This document shows, piece after piece, positions 10,257-20,097 of a DNA stretch of 52,396 nt. How positions within the stretch are numbered: the stretch's first letter is position 1; the number at the start of each line of letters is the position of its first letter. The stretch spans positions 1 through 52,396 of the forward strand of contig JAGVZW010000001.1 of NCBI GenBank assembly GCA_018302235.1. The letters run 5' to 3'. This DNA is from Candidatus Woesearchaeota archaeon. GTDB lineage: Archaea; Nanobdellota; Nanobdellia; SCGC-AAA011-G17; GW2011-AR18. The notes under the pieces are model-generated. The model was not told the DNA's origin and made no database searches. It saw nothing but the letters and a program-made list of their open reading frames with translations. A program made the translations under genes and the position numbers.

Positions 10257-10655
10257 ATGAATTATGAAGAAATGTTAGATCAAGGCATGAAAGCATTGCC
10301 AGAGAAAATAGTAAAAACTGAAAGATTTGAAATACCAAAGGTTAAGGGCCATATACAAGGCAATAAGACAATAATAACTAATTTTTATCAGATTGTGCAA
10401 GCGTTTAGAAGAGAAGAAGAGCATTTTTTAAAGTATTTGTTAAGAGAATTAGCTACTCCTGGGAAATTAGAGGGAACACTGTTAATAATCGGGAGAAAGA
10501 TTTCGTCTACATTGATTAATCAAAAAATTAAACAATATGCACATACTTATGTTCTTTGTTTCACATGCGGTAAACCAGATACACAGATAATAGTTAAAGA
10601 AGGAAAAACATTATTGAAGTGTACAGCTTGTGGTGCACAAATACCAATAAAATGA
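10257..10655 (+). CDS. eif2b: Translation initiation factor 2 subunit beta
   Basis: MNYEEML..ERFEIP..GNKTIITNF..LRELATPG..YVLCFTCGKPDT..LKCTACGA. Start set at 10257 rather than 10044 because of a TATA box at 10228-10235 and family length. Confidence 0.95.
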   Translation: MNYEEMLDQGMKALPEKIVKTERFEIPKVKGHIQGNKTIITNFYQIVQAFRREEEHFLKYLLRELATPGKLEGTLLIIGRKISSTLINQKIKQYAHTYVLCFTCGKPDTQIIVKEGKTLLKCTACGAQIPIK

Positions 10656-10951
10656 AATTCTATGTAAAGATTCATAAATCGAAAATAAGCTGTGTTGCAG
10701 CTATTGCAGACGAGTTGATAATAGGAAAAACATTCAAAGGCGAGAATAATACAAAAATAACAGTTTCAGAATTCTTTTATAAAGGGGAGTTATACCCTGA
10801 AGATAAAGTAATAGGAATACTTAAAGAATTTTTGAATTTGAATATTATTGGAGAAAATATAGTAGGTTTAGCAAAAAGATTAAACCTTATAAATGAGAAG
10901 GATATCATTTATTTTGAAAATGCCCCACATTGTCAAATCTACTGCGTCTAA
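10652..10951 (+). CDS. DUF424 family protein
   Basis: MKFYVKIH..VAAIADELIIGK..VSEFFYKGE..NLNIIGENIV..G/APH pattern; ATGA overlap with aIF2-beta. Confidence 0.8.
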   Translation: MKFYVKIHKSKISCVAAIADELIIGKTFKGENNTKITVSEFFYKGELYPEDKVIGILKEFLNLNIIGENIVGLAKRLNLINEKDIIYFENAPHCQIYCV

Positions 10952-10958
10952 ACATTGT

Positions 10959-11243
10959 ATGTATTATGAAGCAAAAATACAATTAAGACCATATAAACAA
11001 GCAATTTATGATTTTATATATCAACAAATTAAAAAATATCCTCAGATTTGGATTTCAAAAGAAGAAAAAGAAAAAACAGGAATAGATATATATATTTCTT
11101 CACAAAAATTTGCTCGATGTACTTTAGCTCCAAAAATAAAAAAAATTTTCAAGGCAAATGTTATAATTTCAAAACAAATTTATGGTATACATAGAGACAA
11201 ACAAAGACCTATTTATCGTGCAACTGTTTTAATTAGAACTTAA
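10959..11243 (+). CDS. NMD3-related protein (C-terminal domain only)
   Basis: YYEAKIQLR..GIDIYISSQ..SKQIYG..IYRATVLIR resembles the archaeal NMD3 C-terminal domain; same neighbourhood as DUF424 and aIF2-beta. Confidence 0.7.
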   Translation: MYYEAKIQLRPYKQAIYDFIYQQIKKYPQIWISKEEKEKTGIDIYISSQKFARCTLAPKIKKIFKANVIISKQIYGIHRDKQRPIYRATVLIRT

Positions 11244-11284
11244 ATTCTCACTAGAATAAATTAACCACATAGGACGATTTAAAA

Positions 11285-12667
11285 CTATTTATCGAATACA
11301 CTTCTGAAATAACTAGTATCTAATCTACTAAATCCTAAATCAATATCAACACCACTTCGCATTAATTCTCTTAAATAGTTACCAGATTCTTTATTATTCC
11401 ACCATTCATTACCATATTTTTTCTTTAAAATATTAATTAATTCAAATACCCTGACAGAAGCAATTATATAACTTGGACAATAAATGATTTCTTCTGGTAA
11501 AATATGGTGTAATAACCAATAATTCCCATTTAAATCCACACCCATATACTCTTTAATTAATTCTGAGTATCTAGAAGAAATCTCATCAAACTTAATCTTT
11601 CCCTCCCAATATTCTATTTTTACTAAAGAATTTGGAACATAAAACGCTAAAAAATACATTTCGTTTAGCTTTCTTCTCTTATCTAACAAATTAATATCTA
11701 AATTATATTTATTTAAAAAAAATTTATCAAAAAATATATTCTCAGTTAAAATTGAAAAAACCTCAGCAACAGAGTTAGGAACAAAACTTCTTTTCCACCA
11801 TAAAGGATTATCCATTACATCAAAATGTACAGCATGCCCTAATTCATGAAATACTGAAGAAAAATCATTTATTCCATTCTCTTTCTTATACATAATCCTA
11901 ACATCTTTTCCGGGATCAATACCAAAACAACAAGCTGTAGCAGTCTTATTCCTTCTATTTTTATTATCAATCTTTATTTTTTTCAAATCAAAACCCATTT
12001 TTTTAAAAACTTGAGTACATTCTTTAACTGGATCATTTTTTATATTGAAATCATCAAACAAAACATTCCTAACATAATACAAATCATCATAATATTCAAA
12101 TGGCTTATTGAATTTTTCCTGCATAAATTTCTCTATTTCCTTATTAAATTGCTTTTTAACATTTAATTCATTTATAATTCTCTTTAAATTATTTTTACTT
12201 AAAAAATTCTGTTCACAATAAGAATCAACTACATTTAGATTATATTTATCATATTCTCTAACTACTATATCTGTTCTTTTTTTTACATTAGCTTTTAATT
12301 TTACAGATTTCTTTAAAAAATCATCAAAAACATCTTTTCTTAATTTAGGATCTTTAGAATTACTAGCAAACTGCCTCCAACTGCTCCAATTACAATATTT
12401 ATTCTTAATTACCTTATTCCTATTCTTATAAAACTCAATGTTTAATTCTCCTAATTTATCACTTAAGCTCAAATCTAAACAATTCAAAAATAAACTTCTA
12501 TCTACTTTATTTTTTAAAACCTCTTGGCTTAGACCAGTTAAATTCTTATCTAATTTTTTAATTAATTTTTCATCATACTTTAAACCAGCATTCATTTTAT
12601 ATTCTTGAATACCCCTCTTGACCATCACATTTCTTAATTCTTTATCCCATTTTTTTTCATTAAACAT
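11285..12667 (-). CDS. Zincin metallopeptidase, M3/M2-like (gluzincin)
   Basis: FHELGHAVH (HExxH), downstream AEVFS third ligand, C-terminal H..Y..Y motif. Confidence 0.75.
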   Translation of the reverse strand: MFNEKKWDKELRNVMVKRGIQEYKMNAGLKYDEKLIKKLDKNLTGLSQEVLKNKVDRSLFLNCLDLSLSDKLGELNIEFYKNRNKVIKNKYCNWSSWRQFASNSKDPKLRKDVFDDFLKKSVKLKANVKKRTDIVVREYDKYNLNVVDSYCEQNFLSKNNLKRIINELNVKKQFNKEIEKFMQEKFNKPFEYYDDLYYVRNVLFDDFNIKNDPVKECTQVFKKMGFDLKKIKIDNKNRRNKTATACCFGIDPGKDVRIMYKKENGINDFSSVFHELGHAVHFDVMDNPLWWKRSFVPNSVAEVFSILTENIFFDKFFLNKYNLDINLLDKRRKLNEMYFLAFYVPNSLVKIEYWEGKIKFDEISSRYSELIKEYMGVDLNGNYWLLHHILPEEIIYCPSYIIASVRVFELINILKKKYGNEWWNNKESGNYLRELMRSGVDIDLGFSRLDTSYFRSVFDK

Positions 12668-12824
12668 AAACTAAGAATTTATTAATTATTAATAAAATTA
12701 ATCATAAATCCGTGTGGTCCACAATTTATTTCCCACATTAATTGGTTTGCCGATGTCGTAAACTAATTATAGTTATATTTTCCAGTAAAGAATTCTTTTT
12801 AAAGGATTAAAAGACCTAAAAAAT

Positions 12825-13106
12825 ATGCTTAGAAAATATTATCTTACTGCTATCTTACTTGCAAGCTGTACCAATGTACCAGAAAAACCACGAGAAATAG
12901 AATTAATTCTATCAGAAAAACCAATAAGAGAATATCCATCTAGATTCGGTATAAAAAACGGCGAAAAAATTGATGTGTGGATAAAAGATGAAAAAAACCC
13001 CGCTGGAAATGTATATCTTAGTCCAGAAGAATTATCTAGAAGAATAACAGAATTTGAAAAAAAAAGGACAGCTGAAGATTATAAATTGTTAAAAAGAAAT
13101 AATTAA
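12825..13106 (+). CDS. Hypothetical protein with lipobox-like signal (LLASC)
   Basis: MLRKYYLTAILLASC: basic N-region, hydrophobic H-region and Cys. Confidence 0.55.
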   Translation: MLRKYYLTAILLASCTNVPEKPREIELILSEKPIREYPSRFGIKNGEKIDVWIKDEKNPAGNVYLSPEELSRRITEFEKKRTAEDYKLLKRNN

Positions 13107-13981
13107 AAAAAATCTTGTTTTATTGCTTTAAGTGTTTTCTCTAAAAATGACTTGGAAATCAAAGCATGCATATTAGCATCCTCAAACATATTATTAGCCC
13201 TAGCAATCACTACCAAACCATCTTCTCTATCTCCATTAGCGACCATAGTAACCCCATCAGTATATAGTTCTCTACCATCAACGTATAATTCCTCAGCATC
13301 AACTCTATGTTCTACAAAATCATCATAGTCATTAATTATATCACTAGCAATCTCTTCTTCTTCTTCTTTCTCACCTATAAATCTCCCTAATATTCTCTGA
13401 AGTTTATCTAAATCCTGCGCAAGTATTACTCTAGAACTAAATTTCTTTTCTACAACAACAGAGTCCATAACAACCTCTCCATCCTTGCTTATTTTTTCCC
13501 CAATCTTAGAAGCTAATCTAACATTTTCTACATCTTCAACCTTTTCTCCGTAAAGACCATATCTATCACTCATTACAGCAAAATTATCTGCCATAAACTG
13601 AGCCCGCTCATCATAGCTTACTAAATCCTCTGCTGCTAATGCAACATCCATATATTCCTCAGAATAACCATTCGCTGTTGATTTTAATTGTCTAGGTAAT
13701 TTTTTGTTCAAAGATTCAATATATTTTTCACATTGTCTACTTTCACTGCCTATACATCTTTTAGCCTTTTTTCCTTCTTTTCTAAAAAAATCTTCATGTT
13801 TTTTATCATATGCAAGAAGACTCTGATATTCCTCTCCAAATTCATTTTTAGCATGTTTTGCATCAGCTAAACCCTCAGCAACAGTTGATACTTCAACACT
13901 ATTATGTGCACTTACAATTGGTACTACACCTAATAACAACATACCCAATAATACGATACTTAATATTCTTTTCATATTCAC
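13103..13981 (-). CDS. Secreted helical hypothetical protein
   Basis: Signal peptide MKRILSIVLLGMLLLGVVPIVSA; acidic helical body; SD GGAGGAG. Confidence 0.7.
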   Translation of the reverse strand: MNMKRILSIVLLGMLLLGVVPIVSAHNSVEVSTVAEGLADAKHAKNEFGEEYQSLLAYDKKHEDFFRKEGKKAKRCIGSESRQCEKYIESLNKKLPRQLKSTANGYSEEYMDVALAAEDLVSYDERAQFMADNFAVMSDRYGLYGEKVEDVENVRLASKIGEKISKDGEVVMDSVVVEKKFSSRVILAQDLDKLQRILGRFIGEKEEEEEIASDIINDYDDFVEHRVDAEELYVDGRELYTDGVTMVANGDREDGLVVIARANNMFEDANMHALISKSFLEKTLKAIKQDFF

Positions 13982-14059
13982 TCCTCCGTAATTACATAGA
14001 ACTCTTTTTTTATTTTACAACTTAAAAAAATTTATAAGCTTAGCGATTGCATATAATAA

Positions 14060-15172
14060 CTATTCCAAAACATATCTTAAAATAGCTACTATTCCACCCA
14101 ATGCCTTTATCTGCATACCATGTTCATTATCCACAGAAATAAGATGAAATTCAGCATTACTTTTATCAGCTAAATCCTCCATCTCATCAGCAATACCCTC
14201 ATCAAAATCCTCTGAAATTAACAATTTTTCTACAGCACCCCATTCCAATGCCTTTTTAACATCATTAAGGCCATAAATTGCCTTACCATCATTTTTAGCC
14301 AATAAATCAAAAAATTCAGATGTAATCTCTTTTTCTTTAATCATATCAGCTTCAGCTAAAACATCCCTGCTCTTTTCAACTAACTCTCTCAATCCAAACT
14401 CACCTGTATAACTCAAATCCTTTATTGTCAAAACCCTCTTCTTTATCTCATTATTTACCAAACTATCATTAATAAAATGCTCTTTAGTCATTCCAGGTCC
14501 TCCTATTAAAACACCCATTAAGTCCTTATTATTCAAAAATTCCTCATTTACCACAGCAGCTATTCTTTTATAGAACTCATGCGCTGCCTCTTCTCTTAAT
14601 CTTGCAAAACGTGTTTGAGATTGGCCCCCTGTCTTAAATTTTCCAGGAACATTTGAAGTCATCTCCTTTAAAACAATAATCTTAGTACCTTTTAGTAAAC
14701 CAACACATCCATCTCTATTATCCATAACAATCAAACCATAGACCTCTTCATGCTCAATCATAAGCTCTAATTCATCCAAAACAAAAACATGATCACATCT
14801 ATATAATCTCATATTTAACGGTAATGGGGGTTCAATACTCCAAACCTGAACATCGCTCTTTCCCTCCTGTCCAGAAATATTACCAGAAAAAACAACTAAC
14901 CCATTCTGCGGGGTTTGTTTAAACAACCTAAGATGTCTAATCATTCTTTCCAAAGCATCAATAACATTCTTCCTGTTATTCTTATCCTTAATATTATTAG
15001 CAGTTCCTTGCTCCTGAATTAAATGCGCAATAATTTTATTTAAATCATAATCTGCTGGGACATAAACACTAACCAATTCAGTATGTCTCCCCCTATATTT
15101 TTTTAAACTATTAATAAACTTTCTTAGTTTATGCCTTTTTTCTCTATCTATTTTTTGTAAATCATAACTCAT
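14060..15172 (-). CDS. prf1: Peptide chain release factor aRF1
   Basis: GRHTELVSVYVP, GTA..NIKD, YRCDHVF, GGQS, GGIVAILRY. Confidence 0.97.
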   Translation of the reverse strand: MSYDLQKIDREKRHKLRKFINSLKKYRGRHTELVSVYVPADYDLNKIIAHLIQEQGTANNIKDKNNRKNVIDALERMIRHLRLFKQTPQNGLVVFSGNISGQEGKSDVQVWSIEPPLPLNMRLYRCDHVFVLDELELMIEHEEVYGLIVMDNRDGCVGLLKGTKIIVLKEMTSNVPGKFKTGGQSQTRFARLREEAAHEFYKRIAAVVNEEFLNNKDLMGVLIGGPGMTKEHFINDSLVNNEIKKRVLTIKDLSYTGEFGLRELVEKSRDVLAEADMIKEKEITSEFFDLLAKNDGKAIYGLNDVKKALEWGAVEKLLISEDFDEGIADEMEDLADKSNAEFHLISVDNEHGMQIKALGGIVAILRYVLE

Positions 15173-17550
15173 ATCTTCACCAACATATGATCTCCATAAA
15201 CCACCCTTTTAATATTATGCATTTCTACTAAATCCCTTTCTAAATCCATCATAGATTCATACATAACAACCTCGCTAACAGGATCCTTCAAACTTAAACC
15301 ATTATCTCTTTTAGATTTCCAGATTAAACCATTCAAATCCTCAATATCCTTGGTTTGAAAAACAACAGTTTCAAGCCCTTCATATTTAGGAAAAGGCACG
15401 AAATGAATATCCTTTTTATACAATTCAAAATAAATCTTATATGTTATTATAGGTATTATTGGTGCAAAACATTCCAATAATCTTTTTAACACAACATATA
15501 ATGTATACCCTGCACCATCTCTTTCTTCCCTAGTAAATCTTCCATCCGTATTATATACCCTTTTCTTAACCAGCTCAATATAATGCGAAGCAAATGTTTC
15601 CCATAAAAAATGTTTTAATTTAATCACAGAATTATGAAAATCATAAGAATCATAATGTTCTCCACTTTCCTTCACTAAATTATTTATTTCAGATAATATC
15701 CATTTATCAGCAGCAAGTAATCTTTTCCTTTTTTCATTAAACTCAAACATACATACAAACTTAGCAACATTCCACAGCTTAGTTATAGATTTAGCAGCCC
15801 CTTCTATTCTCTCAAAACTGCACCTAAAATCAATCTGCGTTAAATTACCCTCTATTGCACACCATAATCTCAAAGCTTCTGCACCATATTTATCCAAAAC
15901 AATCTTAGGATCAATAACATTACCCACACTTTTACTCATCTTATGACCAGCATCATCAAGAATATGTTGATGAATCCAAACATCTTTAAAAACTAACTTT
16001 CCAGTTAACAAATAATCCTTTAATATAGTATAGTATAACCAAGTTCTAACAATCTCCTTACCTTGTGGCCTTAAAGAACAAGGAAATGCCCTTTTAAAAA
16101 AACTCTGATCCCTTTCATAACCCAATATATACAGGGGTGAAATAGAAGAATCAAACCAAGTATCAAATACCCTCTCCTCTCCCCTAAACCTATTTGAACC
16201 ACATTTACACCCCTTAATTAATGGTTTCTCCTTCCACGGTTTATAATATCTCCCTTTTTTAGGTACAATTGCCAATCCACATTCATCACAATACCACAAA
16301 GGAATCTCAGTTGCATAGTATCTTCTCCTAGAAATTGGCCAATCTATATTCACAGAATTTATCCAATCAAGTAATATCTGCCTACTGGATTCATCATAAA
16401 AATTAATCCTCTTTTGTAATTTTAAAATATCTTTTTTAAACTCGACTTGCTTAACATAAAACTCTGGCATAGCTATAAATTCAATTTGATCCCTGCTTCT
16501 TTCACAAATAGGAACACTGTGTATAAATTTTTCTTGTCTTTCTAATAATCCATGTTCTTCTATTAGTTCAACTATTTTTTGCCTTGCCTCTTTTGTTTTT
16601 AATCCCTTTAATACCCCAGCATTATCATTCATCCTTCCATCTATGTCAATAGCCATTTTAGGTTCAATATTCATCTCTCTTAGAAATCTAACCGCATCTT
16701 GATCCCCAGCACTTCTGCTCATAAAAACTAGACCTGTACCAAAGTTAGGATCAGCAGAAGTGTGTTCAATTATAGGAACTTCTATATTAAAAATCGGTGT
16801 AATCGCACTCTTCCCCTTTAGATGTTTATACCTTTTATCTTTAGGATTATAAATTATCAAAGCAGCAGTACAAAGTAATTCCGGTCTTGTTGTAGCAATT
16901 ATAGCATATTCATCAGTTTCTTTGATTTTAAATCTTACAAGATTAAGACTTGTTTCTACATCACTCCTTAAAATCTCAGAATCTGCTAATGTAGTTCTAC
17001 ATCCAGGACACCAATTATTTATTCTATTATCTTCATATATTAACCCTTTTTTCCACATATCAATAAAAGTTGCTTGTGTTAATGTCCTATAATCATCAGA
17101 ATCAGTTAAATATACATCTCCAACATCTGTTCCAGTTTCCCATGAATTAAAACAAATACCACATCTGAAAAATGTCTCAATCGATACTGAACTTGCTTCT
17201 TCTAAAATCTTTTTACACATCTCAATAAAGTCTTCTCTTTTTAGCTGATGTGCCTTAACATTAAACTTTTTTTCAGCTGCCATTTCTATTGGCAAACCAT
17301 TTCTATCTATACCTAATGGAAACAAAACTTCATAACCATTCATCCGTTTATACCTTGCTATCATATCCATAATAACATAAGTGCAAGCATGTCCCATATG
17401 AACTGGAGTATTTACATAAGGCGGCGGAGTATCTATAGAATAAATCTTTTTTTTAGTCTTAAGATGAAAAACATATTTTTGTTCTTCCTTCCATCTTTTA
17501 ATTATCTCATTCTCATTCTCTTTACTCCATTTCTTCTCCTCAAGCATCAA
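15169..17550 (-). CDS. valS: Valine--tRNA ligase (archaeal type)
   Basis: DTPPPY, HMGH, IATTRPEL, DWPISRRRYYA, FDTWFDSS, LRPQGKEIVRTW, KMSKS. Confidence 0.96.
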   Translation of the reverse strand: MMLEEKKWSKENENEIIKRWKEEQKYVFHLKTKKKIYSIDTPPPYVNTPVHMGHACTYVIMDMIARYKRMNGYEVLFPLGIDRNGLPIEMAAEKKFNVKAHQLKREDFIEMCKKILEEASSVSIETFFRCGICFNSWETGTDVGDVYLTDSDDYRTLTQATFIDMWKKGLIYEDNRINNWCPGCRTTLADSEILRSDVETSLNLVRFKIKETDEYAIIATTRPELLCTAALIIYNPKDKRYKHLKGKSAITPIFNIEVPIIEHTSADPNFGTGLVFMSRSAGDQDAVRFLREMNIEPKMAIDIDGRMNDNAGVLKGLKTKEARQKIVELIEEHGLLERQEKFIHSVPICERSRDQIEFIAMPEFYVKQVEFKKDILKLQKRINFYDESSRQILLDWINSVNIDWPISRRRYYATEIPLWYCDECGLAIVPKKGRYYKPWKEKPLIKGCKCGSNRFRGEERVFDTWFDSSISPLYILGYERDQSFFKRAFPCSLRPQGKEIVRTWLYYTILKDYLLTGKLVFKDVWIHQHILDDAGHKMSKSVGNVIDPKIVLDKYGAEALRLWCAIEGNLTQIDFRCSFERIEGAAKSITKLWNVAKFVCMFEFNEKRKRLLAADKWILSEINNLVKESGEHYDSYDFHNSVIKLKHFLWETFASHYIELVKKRVYNTDGRFTREERDGAGYTLYVVLKRLLECFAPIIPIITYKIYFELYKKDIHFVPFPKYEGLETVVFQTKDIEDLNGLIWKSKRDNGLSLKDPVSEVVMYESMMDLERDLVEMHNIKRVVYGDHMLVKI

Positions 17551-17703
17551 GCTTCAAAAAATTAAAAACTATATAAAATTAACTTATAGCAAATATCAAT
17601 TAAATATAATTAAAATCTTTACATATTACAAACACTAAGATTTCTTAAAACCAAAAATTAAAAAATTAATAGTTTTTATAAATATTTTCAAATTATTAAC
17701 CAT

Positions 17704-17979
17704 ATGAAAAACCAAGATATAAAAAAAGAAGCGCTTTCTCAAATGAATAGCTTATTCAAAGAAACAAATAATAACACAGAAAAAAGATATCTTGAATTAA
17801 TACAAAAAATATCAAAAAAAACCAACACACATATACCAAAAGAGATTAAACGAAAATTCTGCAAACATTGTTTAACAATCTACACATCAACAAATTCCAC
17901 CAGAAGAATAAAAAATAATAAAATAATAATAACATGCAAAAAATGTAACTCAATAAAAAGAATAATTACCAAAAAGTAG
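17704..17979 (+). CDS. rnp4: Ribonuclease P protein component 4 (Rpp21)
   Basis: RYLELIQKIS..IPKEIKRKFCKHC..RRI..IIITCKKCNSIKR zinc ribbon. Confidence 0.85.
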   Translation: MKNQDIKKEALSQMNSLFKETNNNTEKRYLELIQKISKKTNTHIPKEIKRKFCKHCLTIYTSTNSTRRIKNNKIIITCKKCNSIKRIITKK

Positions 17980-18023
17980 TTATATAACAAAAGATTTATA
18001 AAACCTTTGACTATAAAAATATT

Positions 18024-18923
18024 ATGCCCGAATTTGAATTTAATGGAAAAAAACAAAACATTCAATTAATAAAAGAAATATGTTTAGAAAAAACTGCTAG
18101 AGAGATTGCCATTAAAAACAAAGAAAAAGCATTTGATATACTAACCCGTACATCCTCATTATTTTCCCAAAAAGACCATATTACTCTTACAAAAACAGAA
18201 AAAAGATACCGTCCTTTTTGGAGTATACATGCAGAAAATTATCTAGAATATAAAAGACAAAATAATTACAGATTTAATGTAGAGCCTGAAGTAAGATCTG
18301 TAAAGATAAACAACAAAACATTTGAGATTAACCCAAATATGCCAATATGTGAGATCCAAGGCGAAGATCATTGTATAGAAAAGCACAAAAAACATATCGA
18401 ACAATCAGCTACTGAAGAAGAAATAAAAGATCTAAAAGATTATCTTAAATATGAAACATCATCAATAACATCTTTAAATTCCCTAAACAAAAAAGATTCA
18501 AAGGTATTTAGCCCAACAATAAGGGCATCATACATAGTTAGAAATATTCTAAAAGAAATAATTAAACCATTTCATGCTGATATTATTATACAAGAAAAAA
18601 TAGAAATAAAAGAATTAACATTATATCTAATACCATCATATGCCTTTGAATTTTTAAATAAAAAAAATGAAAAGAGAAGAGTTCTAGAGATAAATGCTGT
18701 TACAAGTAAAATAACAAAAGGTCCACTAATAGACCAATCAATCTCTGGCTTTGTCTCAGAAAACTTATTATTTGAAATAGGCGCAGAAATAGCATCTATG
18801 ATTATACCAGGTGCAGGTGTTGGTGCCTTAATTGGCAAAGAAATCCATTCAAGAAAAAAGAAAAACGAAGCCATAAAAAAAATGAGACAATCACAAAAAG
18901 CAGCATCTAAAAAATCAACTTAA
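18024..18923 (+). CDS. Hypothetical protein with C-terminal glycine-rich hydrophobic segment
   Basis: 299-aa ORF with a TATA box upstream; GAEIASMIIPGAGVGALIG near the C-terminus. Confidence 0.65.
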   Translation: MPEFEFNGKKQNIQLIKEICLEKTAREIAIKNKEKAFDILTRTSSLFSQKDHITLTKTEKRYRPFWSIHAENYLEYKRQNNYRFNVEPEVRSVKINNKTFEINPNMPICEIQGEDHCIEKHKKHIEQSATEEEIKDLKDYLKYETSSITSLNSLNKKDSKVFSPTIRASYIVRNILKEIIKPFHADIIIQEKIEIKELTLYLIPSYAFEFLNKKNEKRRVLEINAVTSKITKGPLIDQSISGFVSENLLFEIGAEIASMIIPGAGVGALIGKEIHSRKKKNEAIKKMRQSQKAASKKST

Positions 18924-19315
18924 AGATTATTCCTCAATCTAACCCAATCCTCCTTTATCCATTTTCTTTCTAATCTTTTAAGATACCCGAATCCCCTCTT
19001 CTTCAACTCATTATCAACTGCCTTATTTTGATGAGGATATCTAAACATTCTTTTATGCGGAGAACTAAATCCATGCATATAATGAATCAACTCATGTGCT
19101 AAAGTTAAATCAATAATAAACTCAGGAATCCTTTCATCTTTAAAAGCTCCATTAACAGCAATTTCAGAATCATCATTTAATTTCCTAATGTGACCAAACT
19201 TATTCCTCCAATTGCCTTTAAACCTAACAACAACATTATTCAATTTTTTAACATCTGCAAACAACAAATCCCATATCTTCTCAAATCTTTGATTTAGCCA
19301 CAAATCATCTCTCAT
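18920..19315 (-). CDS. SprT-like zinc metalloprotease domain protein
   Basis: FG(H)I..I.VN..TLAHELIHY..H..PH pattern. Confidence 0.65.
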   Translation of the reverse strand: MRDDLWLNQRFEKIWDLLFADVKKLNNVVVRFKGNWRNKFGHIRKLNDDSEIAVNGAFKDERIPEFIIDLTLAHELIHYMHGFSSPHKRMFRYPHQNKAVDNELKKRGFGYLKRLERKWIKEDWVRLRNNL

Positions 19316-19410
19316 AAAAAAAACAAAAAAGCTAAGTTTAAAAATTTATTCAAATAAAATAACACAAACTCAAAGAAAATTATTTAAATCTTTCCAATTA
19401 AAAAATCAAC

Positions 19411-20097
19411 ATGGGAATTATAGAACTTAAAAATGTCTTCAAAACATACGAGATAGGCGATTCAACAATAAACGCATTATTCGATATTAACCTAAACATA
19501 GAAAAATCAGAATTTGTCGCAATAATGGGTCCATCAGGATCAGGCAAATCAACAATAATGAATTCAATCGGATGCCTAGATATCCCAACAAAGGGTGAAA
19601 TTTTCTTAGAAAACAAAAACATTGCAAATCTATCAGAATCAGAGTTAGCACAAATAAGAGGGAAAAAAATTGGTTTCATATTCCAACAATTCAACTTAAT
19701 CCCAACACTAACTGCGTTAGAAAATATAATGCTTCCAATGATTTTTCAAAAAACATCATATGAAAAAAGAAAAAAAAAGGCCATAGAACTATTAACATTA
19801 GTAGAATTAGAGGATAGAATAAACCACAAACCAAAAGAACTTTCAGGAGGCCAGCAGCAAAGAGTAGCAATAGCAAGATCATTAGCAAACAACCCAGAAA
19901 TAATCCTTGCAGATGAACCAACAGGAAATCTAGATTCAAAAACAAGCAATATAATACTACAATTCTTAAAGAAACTAAATAAAGAAGGAAAAACAATAAT
20001 CATAGTAACACACAATATAGATACAGCAAAAGAAACAAAAAAAATATTTTTTCTAAAAGATGGAAAAATAATCAAGGAGGAAAAAAATGAAAATTAA
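19411..20097 (+). CDS. ABC transporter ATP-binding protein (LolD/MacB family)
   Basis: [46 protein letters not shown]. Confidence 0.95.
   Translation: MGIIELKNVFKTYEIGDSTINALFDINLNIEKSEFVAIMGPSGSGKSTIMNSIGCLDIPTKGEIFLENKNIANLSESELAQIRGKKIGFIFQQFNLIPTLTALENIMLPMIFQKTSYEKRKKKAIELLTLVELEDRINHKPKELSGGQQQRVAIARSLANNPEIILADEPTGNLDSKTSNIILQFLKKLNKEGKTIIIVTHNIDTAKETKKIFFLKDGKIIKEEKNEN

Noticed and set aside
10044-10655. 203-aa ORF read as a genuine TM-aIF2-beta fusion protein
   Set aside because: A TATA box at 10228-10235 and family length point to ATG 10257. The upstream part belongs to a degraded membrane-protein frame. The fusion is kept only as an alternative in the findings.
11244-12824. Imperfect inverted similarity flanking the M3-like peptidase (near 11265 and 12707) as mobile-element ends, or a dif site
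   Set aside because: The match is short and gapped, there is no target duplication or recombinase, and there is no convincing XerA dif consensus.
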